IMG/VR virus record: IMGVR_UViG_3300038393_000327
Span: 6,683-70,682 of that record
DNA from: a virus
Lineage: Duplodnaviria > Caudoviricetes
DNA length: 64,000 bases
Reading direction: 5' to 3' (one strand)
Below are positions 47,522-56,687 of this stretch, piece after piece. The notes under the pieces are model-generated. The model did not search any database and was not told the DNA's origin. It saw only the letters and a list, made by a program, of their open reading frames with translations. A program made the position numbers and the translations under genes. The stretch's first letter is position 1, and every line of letters begins with the position of its first letter.

Positions 47522-49351
47522 CTAGTGAATGTTAGCATACTTATCACCAAATTGAATTCCGATTGCAAGCTCTCTATTGAGCTTTAGTTTTTCATTAGTC
47601 TTTTTGATTGATTGCTCTAAGAGTTTTGTTGCACCTTCTCGGTGTCCTTTCTTTATATGGAGGACGATTTCGTCATGGAATTGGGCGGTGAGTTGTTCTC
47701 TTTGTTGCAACACTTCACGAACCCAGAGGTCAAATACAAATGACGCAGTTCCTTGAATAAGAGTTGAGAACACGTCTTTCTCATTTCTGAGTGAGTACCA
47801 GAACCCGGATACAGGATTTCGCATCCACATTTGACCATCAATTTCCCTAATCTTCTGTTGTTTTGCTACTACTTTAATAGCCCAATTAAGAGACCAATAA
47901 CCATCGAATAGTTCTTTGGCTTTCTCAAGTGTGATACCGAGAGTTTTAACAAGTTTAGGAGGAAACGCTCCGTATTGCATAGCGTAACCACCATTCTTAG
48001 CCATATCTCTAATACGACTCTTTGACTTATCACCGTTCTTATAGGCTTGAACCTCTTCTTCAGTCATCATCTTTGCAGTGACAGCTACTTTAAGATGAGG
48101 ATCATACCCATCTTCCAACATAGTTTTCACATAGCCGGGATCAAGTGGATAAATGTAATGTTGCTTAAGTCTATCCTCAAGAGAGGACATGTCCGCACCA
48201 CACAACTCATATCCATCATCAGCAACCAAAGATGATCTAATTGCTTCTGCATATAGTCTGTCGGGTTTGGGGAGATTGACACAAGGATGTTTGTGTTTAA
48301 AACGGAGAGTGTTAGTCAACCCATTGACTTGGGCTTTGACGTATCCATCTTCTTGTGTTTCTAAAAGACCACGGATAATAGGGATACGATGAGATAGAAC
48401 TCCCAATCCGTCTAAGTGTTCGAGTTCTGGAACTTTTTCATAGAGTTCCTTAACACTAGGACAAATACCCTTACCGTGTTTCTGATTGACTTGGGGAACA
48501 GGGTCTTTGCCTTTAGGATATTCAAAGAGACGAGGAACCCACCCTAGAGAAAATAACCACTCTTTGATCTGTTGAGGACTGGTAGGACTAGGTTCTTCTT
48601 CACCAACAACGACCTCGATCTCTTCTGTTTCAATAGGGAGATTGTTGAGAGAACATAAATCGAACCACTCTAATCCCTTAGCAGTGAGAGTACCGTCTTT
48701 CTTAGTGAACCTCTTAGGTCTAGTCTTCGTACCATACTTAACCACTTTGGGCATTACGCCCCGGAGAATATTGATTTTCTTTGCCTGCTCTTTCTCTAAT
48801 TCAATAAGAGCTTTCTTGGCATATTCAATATCAATTTTCCATCTAGACACTTCTGCCAGATGAGCGCAATGCATTTTAAATGTTAGATAATCAATGAATG
48901 CCCAGACACCATTTTCAGACTGATAAATCTTCTTGAGTTTATTCCATTGGGCATTCCATAGATGGGTGTTGATCTTAACGTCTTCTTCGCATCTATGTAT
49001 GTATTCTTCTATTGTTAGATTAAACCAATCATTGATCTTAGGTTTAGGGACATTAAAATCATCCCCGTAACTTTCAAGACCATGTTGATATCGTTGAGGT
49101 TCTAAATACCATGACAACGACAGCGTATCTACAAACTTACAGTTGAGCTTAATACCAAGGAGCTTTTCTAAAACAGGAATATCCCAACGTTTAATATTAT
49201 GACCAATGAAAATAGTCACCTTCTTTAAAAACTCTCTCATATCCTCATAATCAACGAAGGATACAAGACCTAACTCCTTGGTATAAGTACTCATACAATA
49301 CAGTTTAGTAGGTTTCAGGCCATCGCCTTCTACGTCTATAACTGCCTCTAT
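47522..49351 (-). CDS. polA: family A DNA polymerase with 3'-5' exonuclease; AUA start
   Basis: ExoI DVEGDGL lies 5' of the first ATG; GHNI..WD, DMSSLE, R..AK...YA..YG, QFHDE; AGGAG + 7 nt + ATA. Confidence 0.9.
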   Translation of the reverse strand: MEAVIDVEGDGLKPTKLYCMSTYTKELGLVSFVDYEDMREFLKKVTIFIGHNIKRWDIPVLEKLLGIKLNCKFVDTLSLSWYLEPQRYQHGLESYGDDFNVPKPKINDWFNLTIEEYIHRCEEDVKINTHLWNAQWNKLKKIYQSENGVWAFIDYLTFKMHCAHLAEVSRWKIDIEYAKKALIELEKEQAKKINILRGVMPKVVKYGTKTRPKRFTKKDGTLTAKGLEWFDLCSLNNLPIETEEIEVVVGEEEPSPTSPQQIKEWLFSLGWVPRLFEYPKGKDPVPQVNQKHGKGICPSVKELYEKVPELEHLDGLGVLSHRIPIIRGLLETQEDGYVKAQVNGLTNTLRFKHKHPCVNLPKPDRLYAEAIRSSLVADDGYELCGADMSSLEDRLKQHYIYPLDPGYVKTMLEDGYDPHLKVAVTAKMMTEEEVQAYKNGDKSKSRIRDMAKNGGYAMQYGAFPPKLVKTLGITLEKAKELFDGYWSLNWAIKVVAKQQKIREIDGQMWMRNPVSGFWYSLRNEKDVFSTLIQGTASFVFDLWVREVLQQREQLTAQFHDEIVLHIKKGHREGATKLLEQSIKKTNEKLKLNRELAIGIQFGDKYANIH

Positions 49352-49381
49352 AATTATTCTCCTATCTCGATCTATACAAAT

Positions 49382-49409
49382 ATTATATCAAACTGAAATT
49401 ATTTGTCAA
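49382..49409 (-). promoter_or_regulatory. sigma70 promoter for polA
   Basis: TTGACA-16-TATAAT. Confidence 0.7.
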
Positions 49410-49412
49410 GTC

Positions 49413-49523
49413 TTATTTATCAAAAATAATAAGATAAGCCATATAAACTAAAATTCCTACCAGTATCCAAACCGAAAAGATAGCAAATAAAAGTAAAGCT
49501 ACAACAATATAATCTGTAATCAT
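49413..49523 (-). CDS. 36 aa membrane peptide (not in ORF track)
   Basis: ATGA overlap with the helicase stop; MITDYIVVALLLFAIFSVWILV... Confidence 0.5.
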   Translation of the reverse strand: MITDYIVVALLLFAIFSVWILVGILVYMAYLIIFDK

Positions 49524-51148
49524 TTTATAGGCATCCTATATTCATCATCTAATTGTATTTCACGAAGCTTACGGGACATAACATCCATAACACACATTCC
49601 ACCTGGACCTGTCTGTCCACCTAGACGTGCCTTATCAATGTTCATGTAGATTGTATTACGGACTGTAGGATCAGGACTCAACTTGTCTCTGGTGAGTTTG
49701 ATAATGGTGTTACTGACGTTCTCGATATTCCTAGAGCCTCTGGTTCTGCCGTTGTCATTAGTATGTGAAATCATGATGATACAAATACGAAGTTCTTTGG
49801 CAAGAAGTTTAAGTCTCTGAGAAATTCTATCGAGTTTCAATCTTCCGTCATCATCTTGTAGTCCTGTTGCCAACCAAGTGATGTGATCAAGAAAGATAAA
49901 ATCACACTTGGCACCACTGGCTAAGAAACGGATGTTATCTAAAAGAGCTTGTTCGTCTTGGAGTTCAAATGACGTATAGATATGGACTCTATCGTCTGCT
50001 CCACCTACAGCTTTCTGATATCCTTCGAAGATATCTGTTACAGACAACCCACTATCAGGGAGAGTAGCTGGGAGACCCAACTCATATCCTGCGATAGCTT
50101 TAATCGTCGTACCGGAGTCTTCTTCTAAGTGAATGATACCGATGTTTGATTTGGTAGTTTTGAGGAGATGGTGCTGCAATGCCCTGAAGAATTCAGTTTT
50201 ACCAACACCGGATGCGTTGGCTTCAGGACTGGCAGGGACGCCAGTGATACACACGATCTCACCTTTATGGAGACCGTAAAGCATTGCATTCAAGGAACTA
50301 AAAGGATAAGTTCCGATCTGGTCTTCTTTTACTTCTTCAAGAGCAGATTTAATATCTGCAAACGAAGAAATGATATTGTCAGGAGAATATCGTTTGGCGT
50401 TATCCCAGACACTGAACAAGCCGCTACTATCGTTATTTTGAAGATAGTCATTAGCGTCTTTAAATTTCTGGATTTTGACCAGATAGACTCTTGTGAAATC
50501 AAATAAAGCACTGATTTCTTTCGTTGTTTTTCGATCTACTTCATCATTGTCTAGGCAAAGATAAATCTTCTTAAATGAATTGATATAGTCTCTGTGCTTG
50601 ATACACACTTTCATTGCTTGGGCAAGATTTCCACTAGGCAACGATACCGCTGCCGTCTTCCCCCTAGTAACTTGCCAAATGCTAGGGGCATCGTATTCAC
50701 CAGCAGTAATGGTGATACTTTCTTTGCTTCCAGGATCAAACCTGTCCATTCCGAAGAGATCAGGGTCTTTCATATCCCCAACCCCTCGGAACTTCTTTTC
50801 TTTCATATTTCTGATTTTAACCCCTCGATTATCTGGATAGGGAAATCCAGTCTCGAAAGGTTCACCATCAATGAATTTGGTACTGATCCCGTAGAAACGT
50901 AACGTTGTCTCTGTCAACCCACGATGAGGGTAGAACGAAGAAGTTATAGTTTGTGGTATGATGATTTCTCTCTCAGCCACTGGTAGTAATTCTTCCAATT
51001 GCCCTCCTTCGTTTCTATTGAAGTTTTTTCCTCCACATTTTCCGTAACAATATCCTGACCCGTCTTCACGAACACAGTACGCATCAGAAGAGTCTCCACA
51101 AGGACACGGTATATGTCGTTTAACAAATTTTCCACTTTCGTTGTTTAT
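49520..51148 (-). CDS. T7 gp4-like primase-helicase; AUA start, probable internal UUG start at 50998
   Basis: in-frame upstream Zn motif CPCGDSSDA...GYCYGKC; TOPRIM ITAGEYD/LDND; GVGKT, FLDHI, ISH, RGS; GGAGG + 7 nt + ATA. Confidence 0.9.
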   Translation of the reverse strand: MNNESGKFVKRHIPCPCGDSSDAYCVREDGSGYCYGKCGGKNFNRNEGGQLEELLPVAEREIIIPQTITSSFYPHRGLTETTLRFYGISTKFIDGEPFETGFPYPDNRGVKIRNMKEKKFRGVGDMKDPDLFGMDRFDPGSKESITITAGEYDAPSIWQVTRGKTAAVSLPSGNLAQAMKVCIKHRDYINSFKKIYLCLDNDEVDRKTTKEISALFDFTRVYLVKIQKFKDANDYLQNNDSSGLFSVWDNAKRYSPDNIISSFADIKSALEEVKEDQIGTYPFSSLNAMLYGLHKGEIVCITGVPASPEANASGVGKTEFFRALQHHLLKTTKSNIGIIHLEEDSGTTIKAIAGYELGLPATLPDSGLSVTDIFEGYQKAVGGADDRVHIYTSFELQDEQALLDNIRFLASGAKCDFIFLDHITWLATGLQDDDGRLKLDRISQRLKLLAKELRICIIMISHTNDNGRTRGSRNIENVSNTIIKLTRDKLSPDPTVRNTIYMNIDKARLGGQTGPGGMCVMDVMSRKLREIQLDDEYRMPIK

Positions 51149-51151
51149 ATT

Positions 51152-51244
51152 TTATCCTCCAAATATTGCTGCAATGAATGGTGCAGACATAAATGAAAAT
51201 AGACAAATCCAAAAAATTGCCCAAAGTTTATGTTCACTTGTCAT
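51152..51244 (-). CDS. 30 aa membrane peptide (not in ORF track)
   Basis: MTSEHKLWAIFWICLFSF...; its last codons provide the primase SD. Confidence 0.5.
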   Translation of the reverse strand: MTSEHKLWAIFWICLFSFMSAPFIAAIFGG

Positions 51245-51436
51245 CTATACCTCCCAATATGGTTCACAGAAAGCCACCATCGGTCCAACTGGAATTGGAT
51301 ATTGTGGTGCATGTTCTTGTTGATGTTGCCACAGTTTGCATTCATCATATGAAATGAAATCAGGATGATCAATTCGTGGACCACCACCTAGAATAAAAAT
51401 AACACACATCCACTTCATCATACGCACCTTCGACAT
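51245..51436 (-). CDS. hypothetical protein
   Basis: 63 aa ORF in a packed operon. Confidence 0.5.
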   Translation of the reverse strand: MSKVRMMKWMCVIFILGGGPRIDHPDFISYDECKLWQHQQEHAPQYPIPVGPMVAFCEPYWEV

Positions 51437-51717
51437 GAACTCTTAATTTCGAACCAATCACAGTCACATTCTGACAAGTTCATCAATCCGTTCTGAGTAA
51501 GATTCCCCTGTCTGTCACGATAACGGACTGATCTTTCTTCGTTGTCTGCATCCCACTCGGATTCAAGAGCTTTTCGAATAGCTTTAACAGGAACATATAA
51601 ATCACCATGCTTTCCCGTGATCAACAGGAAATCCTTCTTTCTCTCGTTGTTTCTAATAAATTGTACTGCACCAGTCTCTGTCTTGATTACAGGACCACGA
51701 TAAAACTTCTTAGTCAT
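51418..51717 (-). CDS. hypothetical protein
   Basis: 99 aa. Confidence 0.6.
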   Translation of the reverse strand: MTKKFYRGPVIKTETGAVQFIRNNERKKDFLLITGKHGDLYVPVKAIRKALESEWDADNEERSVRYRDRQGNLTQNGLMNLSECDCDWFEIKSSCRRCV

Positions 51718-51931
51718 GGAATGCCATTGCCTCGTCGTAGTATTCCCAATTATCTACACCAGCAGCCTCAAGTTTATCTAACTTTTCAAGACGCTTTCGA
51801 AGATAACAAGTCTCATTCCATTGTTCTTGGAGAAATTGGACGGCATCTTCTTTAGTCCCTTCTTCTGCAATGGCATTGATGAATGCAGCAGGGACATGAG
51901 GATATTCTTTAATTATCATATAATTTAACAC
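51710..51931 (-). CDS. conserved phage hypothetical protein
   Basis: LEAAGVDNWEYY motif common in phages. Confidence 0.7.
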   Translation of the reverse strand: MLNYMIIKEYPHVPAAFINAIAEEGTKEDAVQFLQEQWNETCYLRKRLEKLDKLEAAGVDNWEYYDEAMAFHD

Positions 51932-52631
51932 CCTTGTTGAATAGTAGGTCCATAGCTCTCAGAGATTGCTCATAAACGTACTTTATAGACTCGTCAGAGG
52001 CCAACCAAGCACAAGACAGTGGTCGGTACTCTACTCCATAGGTTTTCGCTCTGAAGGCCCCTCTAGAGCCGTATAAACGCCTACGCTTATCGTCATTATC
52101 CCACAGCATAGATGCAGGATAGAGGACAGCATCGAGTTGCTTAACGGCTTCTCGACACATATCGAAATGGGTAGAGTCATTAGGATCAAGCCAGTTACCC
52201 CAACCAATATGGATATGGCCACCAGCAGTCCTGAATGGTTCTGTTGTCTCTGGTGGTATATTCTCTTCTCCGGTATATGCATTGTAATCAGGCATACAAC
52301 CAAGGAGTTTGGCTGTCTCAGGAAGATTCTCGAAATAGTCTGGATCGAAATGAGCAGTAGGTTCAAAGACGATCATGTGGTCAGACATGAAGCCTTCAAC
52401 TCTTGCATATAGATTATCTAGAACCAGTCCGATGTTCTTCGTGAAATCAAAGAAGGAAGATGCCGGGTCTGTATTGAACTCTAGAGCGACACCATCAACT
52501 TGGATGGCACCACCGGGAACCTTATGAGGTTCTTCTTTTGTTCCTGGAATCCAATCATGAGCAGAGACGAAATCTCCCTCTAGGTTTTTGATAAAGAGTT
52601 CTGGGTCACAACCAATTGTAAAATCAACCAT
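51909..52631 (-). CDS. phiEco32-like COOH.NH2 ligase type 2 (copy 1)
   Basis: TIGCDPELF, QVDGVALEFN..P, GC.PD.NAY, RTAGGHIHIG, K.YGVEYR. Confidence 0.9.
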   Translation of the reverse strand: MVDFTIGCDPELFIKNLEGDFVSAHDWIPGTKEEPHKVPGGAIQVDGVALEFNTDPASSFFDFTKNIGLVLDNLYARVEGFMSDHMIVFEPTAHFDPDYFENLPETAKLLGCMPDYNAYTGEENIPPETTEPFRTAGGHIHIGWGNWLDPNDSTHFDMCREAVKQLDAVLYPASMLWDNDDKRRRLYGSRGAFRAKTYGVEYRPLSCAWLASDESIKYVYEQSLRAMDLLFNKGVKLYDN

Positions 52632-52635
52632 GTTT

Positions 52636-52818
52636 TTAAAACCAAGTCAGATCAGAGGCATGAGGGAAACGGATAGCTAGAATGAATATCAGTATCCAGA
52701 TAGAGAAGAAAACGCATATTCCTCTACTATCCCAATCCCATAAATGTGGAAGTCTCCATGACACGAACATTCCTACTAGAATGGGTACTATTAGTGCTAT
52801 CAGAATTGAAGTGATCAT
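52636..52818 (-). CDS. small 2-TM protein
   Basis: 60 aa hydrophobic. Confidence 0.6.
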   Translation of the reverse strand: MITSILIALIVPILVGMFVSWRLPHLWDWDSRGICVFFSIWILIFILAIRFPHASDLTWF

Positions 52819-53747
52819 TACAGGTACTTCTTGAAAACTTGCTTTGCAGCTTCGGCATATGTCTTAGGTTTACCATCGAACTTAACACCAGTCTTGTACA
52901 GTTCTGCAGCAAACTTAATACCGTTCTCTTTGTCAGCAAAGATATCTTGAATATTCTTCCTAGAGTAATCAAATCTCTTCCTGAATGTTCCACCAGAGAA
53001 GTCATTAGGCTCTCCGTTCTTGAATTTCTTAAGGCTAGCCATCTGAGGGAACATATAAGTGTTGACTGGTGACGCTGCCGGAGTATATTGCTGTTGAAAA
53101 TCCAGTGTCACACAACACAAAGCCTCGAATTCATCCAGTCCTTCCTTACGTAGAGTATCCCACTTAAGTGAAGAACCCGGGAGATAACAATAAGTGAATT
53201 TCAGGAGATTGACCATCACTGTAGGATCAACATCAGTGTTAGTCAGGATGATACCTGTGAACTTCTCTTTTCCTTCTGGTCCAGAATGTGTCCTGATAAG
53301 AGTGTGTTCTCCACCAAAACCCTTGATCCAAGGAGAACGATCACTCCATACGTAATTGAATAGATCATTCTCTGGACATGTACCAAAAGGAACAGCTAGA
53401 GCAAAAGGCTCACCCTTGGGGAAAGGATACCTCAAATCTCCTGGCTTGCCTTCTGGTTGTGTTGCCTCTGCTCCATGAGTTGATTGATATTTACGGAGAT
53501 ATCCATAACAAGGATTGGAAGGACGAGGTACGATCTCTAGATCACCGTTGTCATGCTTCATAACTAGGCAACCAGGATAACTCCCGTGAAGAGTGTTGTT
53601 GAAATTGATTAGTTCAGGGAGAACTTGTTCTAGAGTTCCGTTTGGGAAAATCACATTCTTGACATTAGCCATTTCTTCAGTCTCTTCTTCATCAAACCAG
53701 TCATCGTCATAGAAATCGTCGTCTTCTAAGAAATCTTCTTCGTTCAT
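52818..53747 (-). CDS. hypothetical protein of the amidoligase cluster
   Basis: 309 aa, acidic N-terminus. Confidence 0.75.
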   Translation of the reverse strand: MNEEDFLEDDDFYDDDWFDEEETEEMANVKNVIFPNGTLEQVLPELINFNNTLHGSYPGCLVMKHDNGDLEIVPRPSNPCYGYLRKYQSTHGAEATQPEGKPGDLRYPFPKGEPFALAVPFGTCPENDLFNYVWSDRSPWIKGFGGEHTLIRTHSGPEGKEKFTGIILTNTDVDPTVMVNLLKFTYCYLPGSSLKWDTLRKEGLDEFEALCCVTLDFQQQYTPAASPVNTYMFPQMASLKKFKNGEPNDFSGGTFRKRFDYSRKNIQDIFADKENGIKFAAELYKTGVKFDGKPKTYAEAAKQVFKKYL

Positions 53748-54022
53748 GGTTTGTTATCGTTTGCTACTAAATCTTTTTCTAGCTCTAGGTCCATTAAATC
53801 TAAAGTACCATCATCGAGCCAACCATAAGGATCATCTTTGGCTTCGTAATCAGCCATCAGTTCCTCGTGCCATTCTCTACATTCTTTACAAATGAAAGAA
53901 TCTTTTCTGATAGGATCAATCATAAAATATTCAGTAGTGAAGTCTCCAGAATTTGTTTCAATGTCTTGTGAAGAAACTTTGTTGCATGAGACACAACGTC
54001 TGTGTGCACCTGTATTTACCAT
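53744..54022 (-). CDS. small Zn-finger protein
   Basis: CVSC...CKEC. Confidence 0.65.
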   Translation of the reverse strand: MVNTGAHRRCVSCNKVSSQDIETNSGDFTTEYFMIDPIRKDSFICKECREWHEELMADYEAKDDPYGWLDDGTLDLMDLELEKDLVANDNKP

Positions 54023-54155
54023 TAATTATTTTTTCTCTTTATACGGCCAGAGGTGTCTTAAAGCTAAAGGGACACGGCCGGTAGTTATTATGAATTTAAC
54101 ATTTAGAAAGATAGAGATATTATATATTACCCTTCCTATCTAACTTAATACAGAT

Positions 54156-54184
54156 ATTATATCATATAAAAATACCAAAGTCAA
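54156..54184 (-). promoter_or_regulatory. sigma70 promoter
   Basis: TTGACT-17-TATAAT. Confidence 0.75.
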
Positions 54185-54188
54185 TACC

Positions 54189-54887
54189 TTAGTCGTAATG
54201 ATCGTACATTGACCATCCAGCTTGACCTGGCATACCCCAAAAATCTCTAATTTCTTTCTCTCTTTCAGAAGTATTTTCTATATTCTCGTTGACAGCACCG
54301 GGGAAGTCTGACTCCCAGATGTCCCACTCATAATAAGGTCTACCAGTTATAGGAGAGACCATAACACGAGATTGACGAGTCCCCCTGTTGCTTAGTTTGG
54401 TTGCACTGAATGCATCCTTATCCCCAATATACATGAACCCGTGAGCCCATTTATGCTTCAGATAAGTATGACCAACACTCTCCAAAGCAGGACTATTCAT
54501 CTGATCCAACAAGACGATCTTTTCGATCCTTCTGTTGAAATACAAATTGTTCTGTTGGAGTTCATCGATAGCCAAGATGTGTTGTGGACTAACGAGAAAA
54601 GCCTCTCCCTTGATACAAGCATGGATCATTACTTTCTCATCGAAGACAACTGGATAATCTGTCCCAGCACTCATCATCTTGAGATTGGTATTGACCGTCA
54701 TAGCTTTACCTAGATACTTAGCTCCCTCTAGGTATTTATTATTCTCTAGTGTATCACGCTTGAGATTGTCATACACAAACAACAAAATATCTCGCCTGAA
54801 CCGAAGATCATGAAAATCAGGAGATTGCCAAGCCCGTGTCTCAAGCTTCGTTAACAGAGAAATATATCGATCAATTTTCTCAGCCAA
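54189..54887 (-). CDS. gamma-glutamylcyclotransferase (AIG2-like) fold protein
   Basis: LLFVYDNLKRD resembles FVYGTLKRG; IKGEAF, L..IDELQ. Confidence 0.65.
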   Translation of the reverse strand: MAEKIDRYISLLTKLETRAWQSPDFHDLRFRRDILLFVYDNLKRDTLENNKYLEGAKYLGKAMTVNTNLKMMSAGTDYPVVFDEKVMIHACIKGEAFLVSPQHILAIDELQQNNLYFNRRIEKIVLLDQMNSPALESVGHTYLKHKWAHGFMYIGDKDAFSATKLSNRGTRQSRVMVSPITGRPYYEWDIWESDFPGAVNENIENTSEREKEIRDFWGMPGQAGWSMYDHYD

Positions 54888-55920
54888 CGTGAACCTCCTG
54901 TTCAGCTTTCCTCTTGTTCATTTCGATCTTCTTTTCTAGCTTATTTTCTTTGTTGTTCTTTGTTAGTTCTTGATATGCAATAGTTATCGAACGAAGATAA
55001 TTTGTGAGGAGCATGAACATAGTTGTAGCATCATCGATATTTTCCTTGAAGAGTTTGTGGATTTCAGACTCTTCGAAGCTTGCCATAGCGATGAAGCCGT
55101 CCGCTGTGAACAGATCGACCTCTTCCAAAATGTCCACTATTTGTTTTGACAAAGAGATCGTCCTCTCGAAAGGGGGATATTTTAAAATCTCAATATCACC
55201 GACCTTTTGGACAGTCTGGACTGCTGGAAGTTTACCCTTCTTCTTTTCTTCTTCAGCTTTCCTCTCGTTGAACAGAGTTCCTCTCTTGATTTCCTTGAAA
55301 TAATCATCATTAGAAGCTAAGAATTCTTTACCATTCTCGTCTTTGATTTTCTCCCATCCTGAAGAATTCAACAAGAGAGGAGGTTGGTCATTCACGATAA
55401 GGACTGCTCGGCCTGATGTAGAAATCCACTTATTAAGGATGACTTCTTGAATAAATGGATCACTAAGATCAGCACTCCCTTGTGACCCTTTAAGTCTTGT
55501 CAGGAGTGGAGCAATCTTCGCGAGAGCATACTGTCTGGAATCGCTATCTTTCTTGGTGTCAAGTTCTTGAATGTGTTCTTTCTGAGCATCTGGAACATAT
55601 ACGTTATACACTGTTCCGTTGTGCATGAAATAGATATCACGCTTAGCCGAATGATAGACTTGGATAGGCTGAACATTATCCATATGCACTTCACCAGCAG
55701 ATGCATTCCTCAAATGCACCCATCGTTCAGCGTCTTCGTTGTCCTTCAAAATCTTATAAATCTTATCGGGATCGACTTTCGCTGGCATGTCCTTGATAAC
55801 TTGAATTTTGTTATTCGCCTTAATCAGAACGCCATATCCATGCTCATTGTTATGGACAGCATTGAACAACAGATCAAAAGGGAGTGTATATCCCGGCAAG
55901 AGTTGGAAAATTGAACACAT
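54880..55920 (-). CDS. class II glutamine amidotransferase (copy 1)
   Basis: N-terminal Cys (MCS), N.HGYG, HLR.A..G, MHNG, DS. Confidence 0.85.
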   Translation of the reverse strand: MCSIFQLLPGYTLPFDLLFNAVHNNEHGYGVLIKANNKIQVIKDMPAKVDPDKIYKILKDNEDAERWVHLRNASAGEVHMDNVQPIQVYHSAKRDIYFMHNGTVYNVYVPDAQKEHIQELDTKKDSDSRQYALAKIAPLLTRLKGSQGSADLSDPFIQEVILNKWISTSGRAVLIVNDQPPLLLNSSGWEKIKDENGKEFLASNDDYFKEIKRGTLFNERKAEEEKKKGKLPAVQTVQKVGDIEILKYPPFERTISLSKQIVDILEEVDLFTADGFIAMASFEESEIHKLFKENIDDATTMFMLLTNYLRSITIAYQELTKNNKENKLEKKIEMNKRKAEQEVHVG

Positions 55921-55925
55921 TCAGA

Positions 55926-56687
55926 TTAACCTTTCAATGCCTTCGCATAAATTTCAACAGTAGTCCCTTGAAGACCTGGAGCACTGTTAACTTCAAGGAC
56001 ATATGCCTTGCCAGTTTGCTTGTGGACCACGATATCAACAGCGCCGAAATCAAGTCCGATCTCAGAGACAGTATCGATTGCAGCTTGGATCACGCTCTGA
56101 TGAGGATTAACATTAGCCCTCTGATAGATGAAACCATTGTCTAGGTTCCTGATCTTCCAGTTGATGTCTTCCTTGTCATGCTTTTCAGCATATTCCTTGG
56201 AAAGTGTCTTCCGTTGGATATCAACAGACTTCCCATTAATGACATGAACACGATACTCTTCTGTCTTCGGAATATACTTCACATACAAAGGAGCCTTGAC
56301 GAAATCCTTTGGGTTAAGGTTCTTATGCATTAGCACAATACCGGCCCCAGAATGCCCATTCAGAACGGTTCTGGCTACAACCCAATATCCCTCCCCAACC
56401 CACTCTAAAGCCTTCTCATGGCTCTCTGTGAACTCAGGAAGGTATGGTGAACCCTTAAGATGCTTGAAGAACTTCAGTTTATCCGAAGTCAATGCCACCT
56501 TCTGAGGATGGTTGATGATCTTGCACTTCAAGACTTCATTAGGAACTTGTGTAGCTCCCCAATTGATGACTTGCTTTTGAAGACCCCCTTTGAACTTTGA
56601 ACCTTCGTTCTTGATCCTCTTGATACCCAATGCTTCTTTAAGTGCCTTGGCACCTTCCGAATTCGGGTTATACGAAAAGATATGCAT
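55926..56687 (-). CDS. ATP-grasp ligase (RimK-like)
   Basis: INWG, EYRVHV, DFGAVDI, LEVNSAPG. Confidence 0.9.
   Translation of the reverse strand: MHIFSYNPNSEGAKALKEALGIKRIKNEGSKFKGGLQKQVINWGATQVPNEVLKCKIINHPQKVALTSDKLKFFKHLKGSPYLPEFTESHEKALEWVGEGYWVVARTVLNGHSGAGIVLMHKNLNPKDFVKAPLYVKYIPKTEEYRVHVINGKSVDIQRKTLSKEYAEKHDKEDINWKIRNLDNGFIYQRANVNPHQSVIQAAIDTVSEIGLDFGAVDIVVHKQTGKAYVLEVNSAPGLQGTTVEIYAKALKG

Noticed and set aside
8926-49351. Inteins or group I introns in terL, nrdJ and polA
   Set aside because: Motif spacing is continuous, with no homing-endonuclease insert or intein termini.
50944-51135. ORF-track 63-aa protein MENLLNDIYRV
   Set aside because: Out-of-frame shadow of the primase zinc-binding domain, which is in frame with 49520-50998.
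51160-51180. Seventh CAGCAA unit
   Set aside because: Lies inside a small membrane-protein ORF and lacks the AGG...CCTG closing stem.
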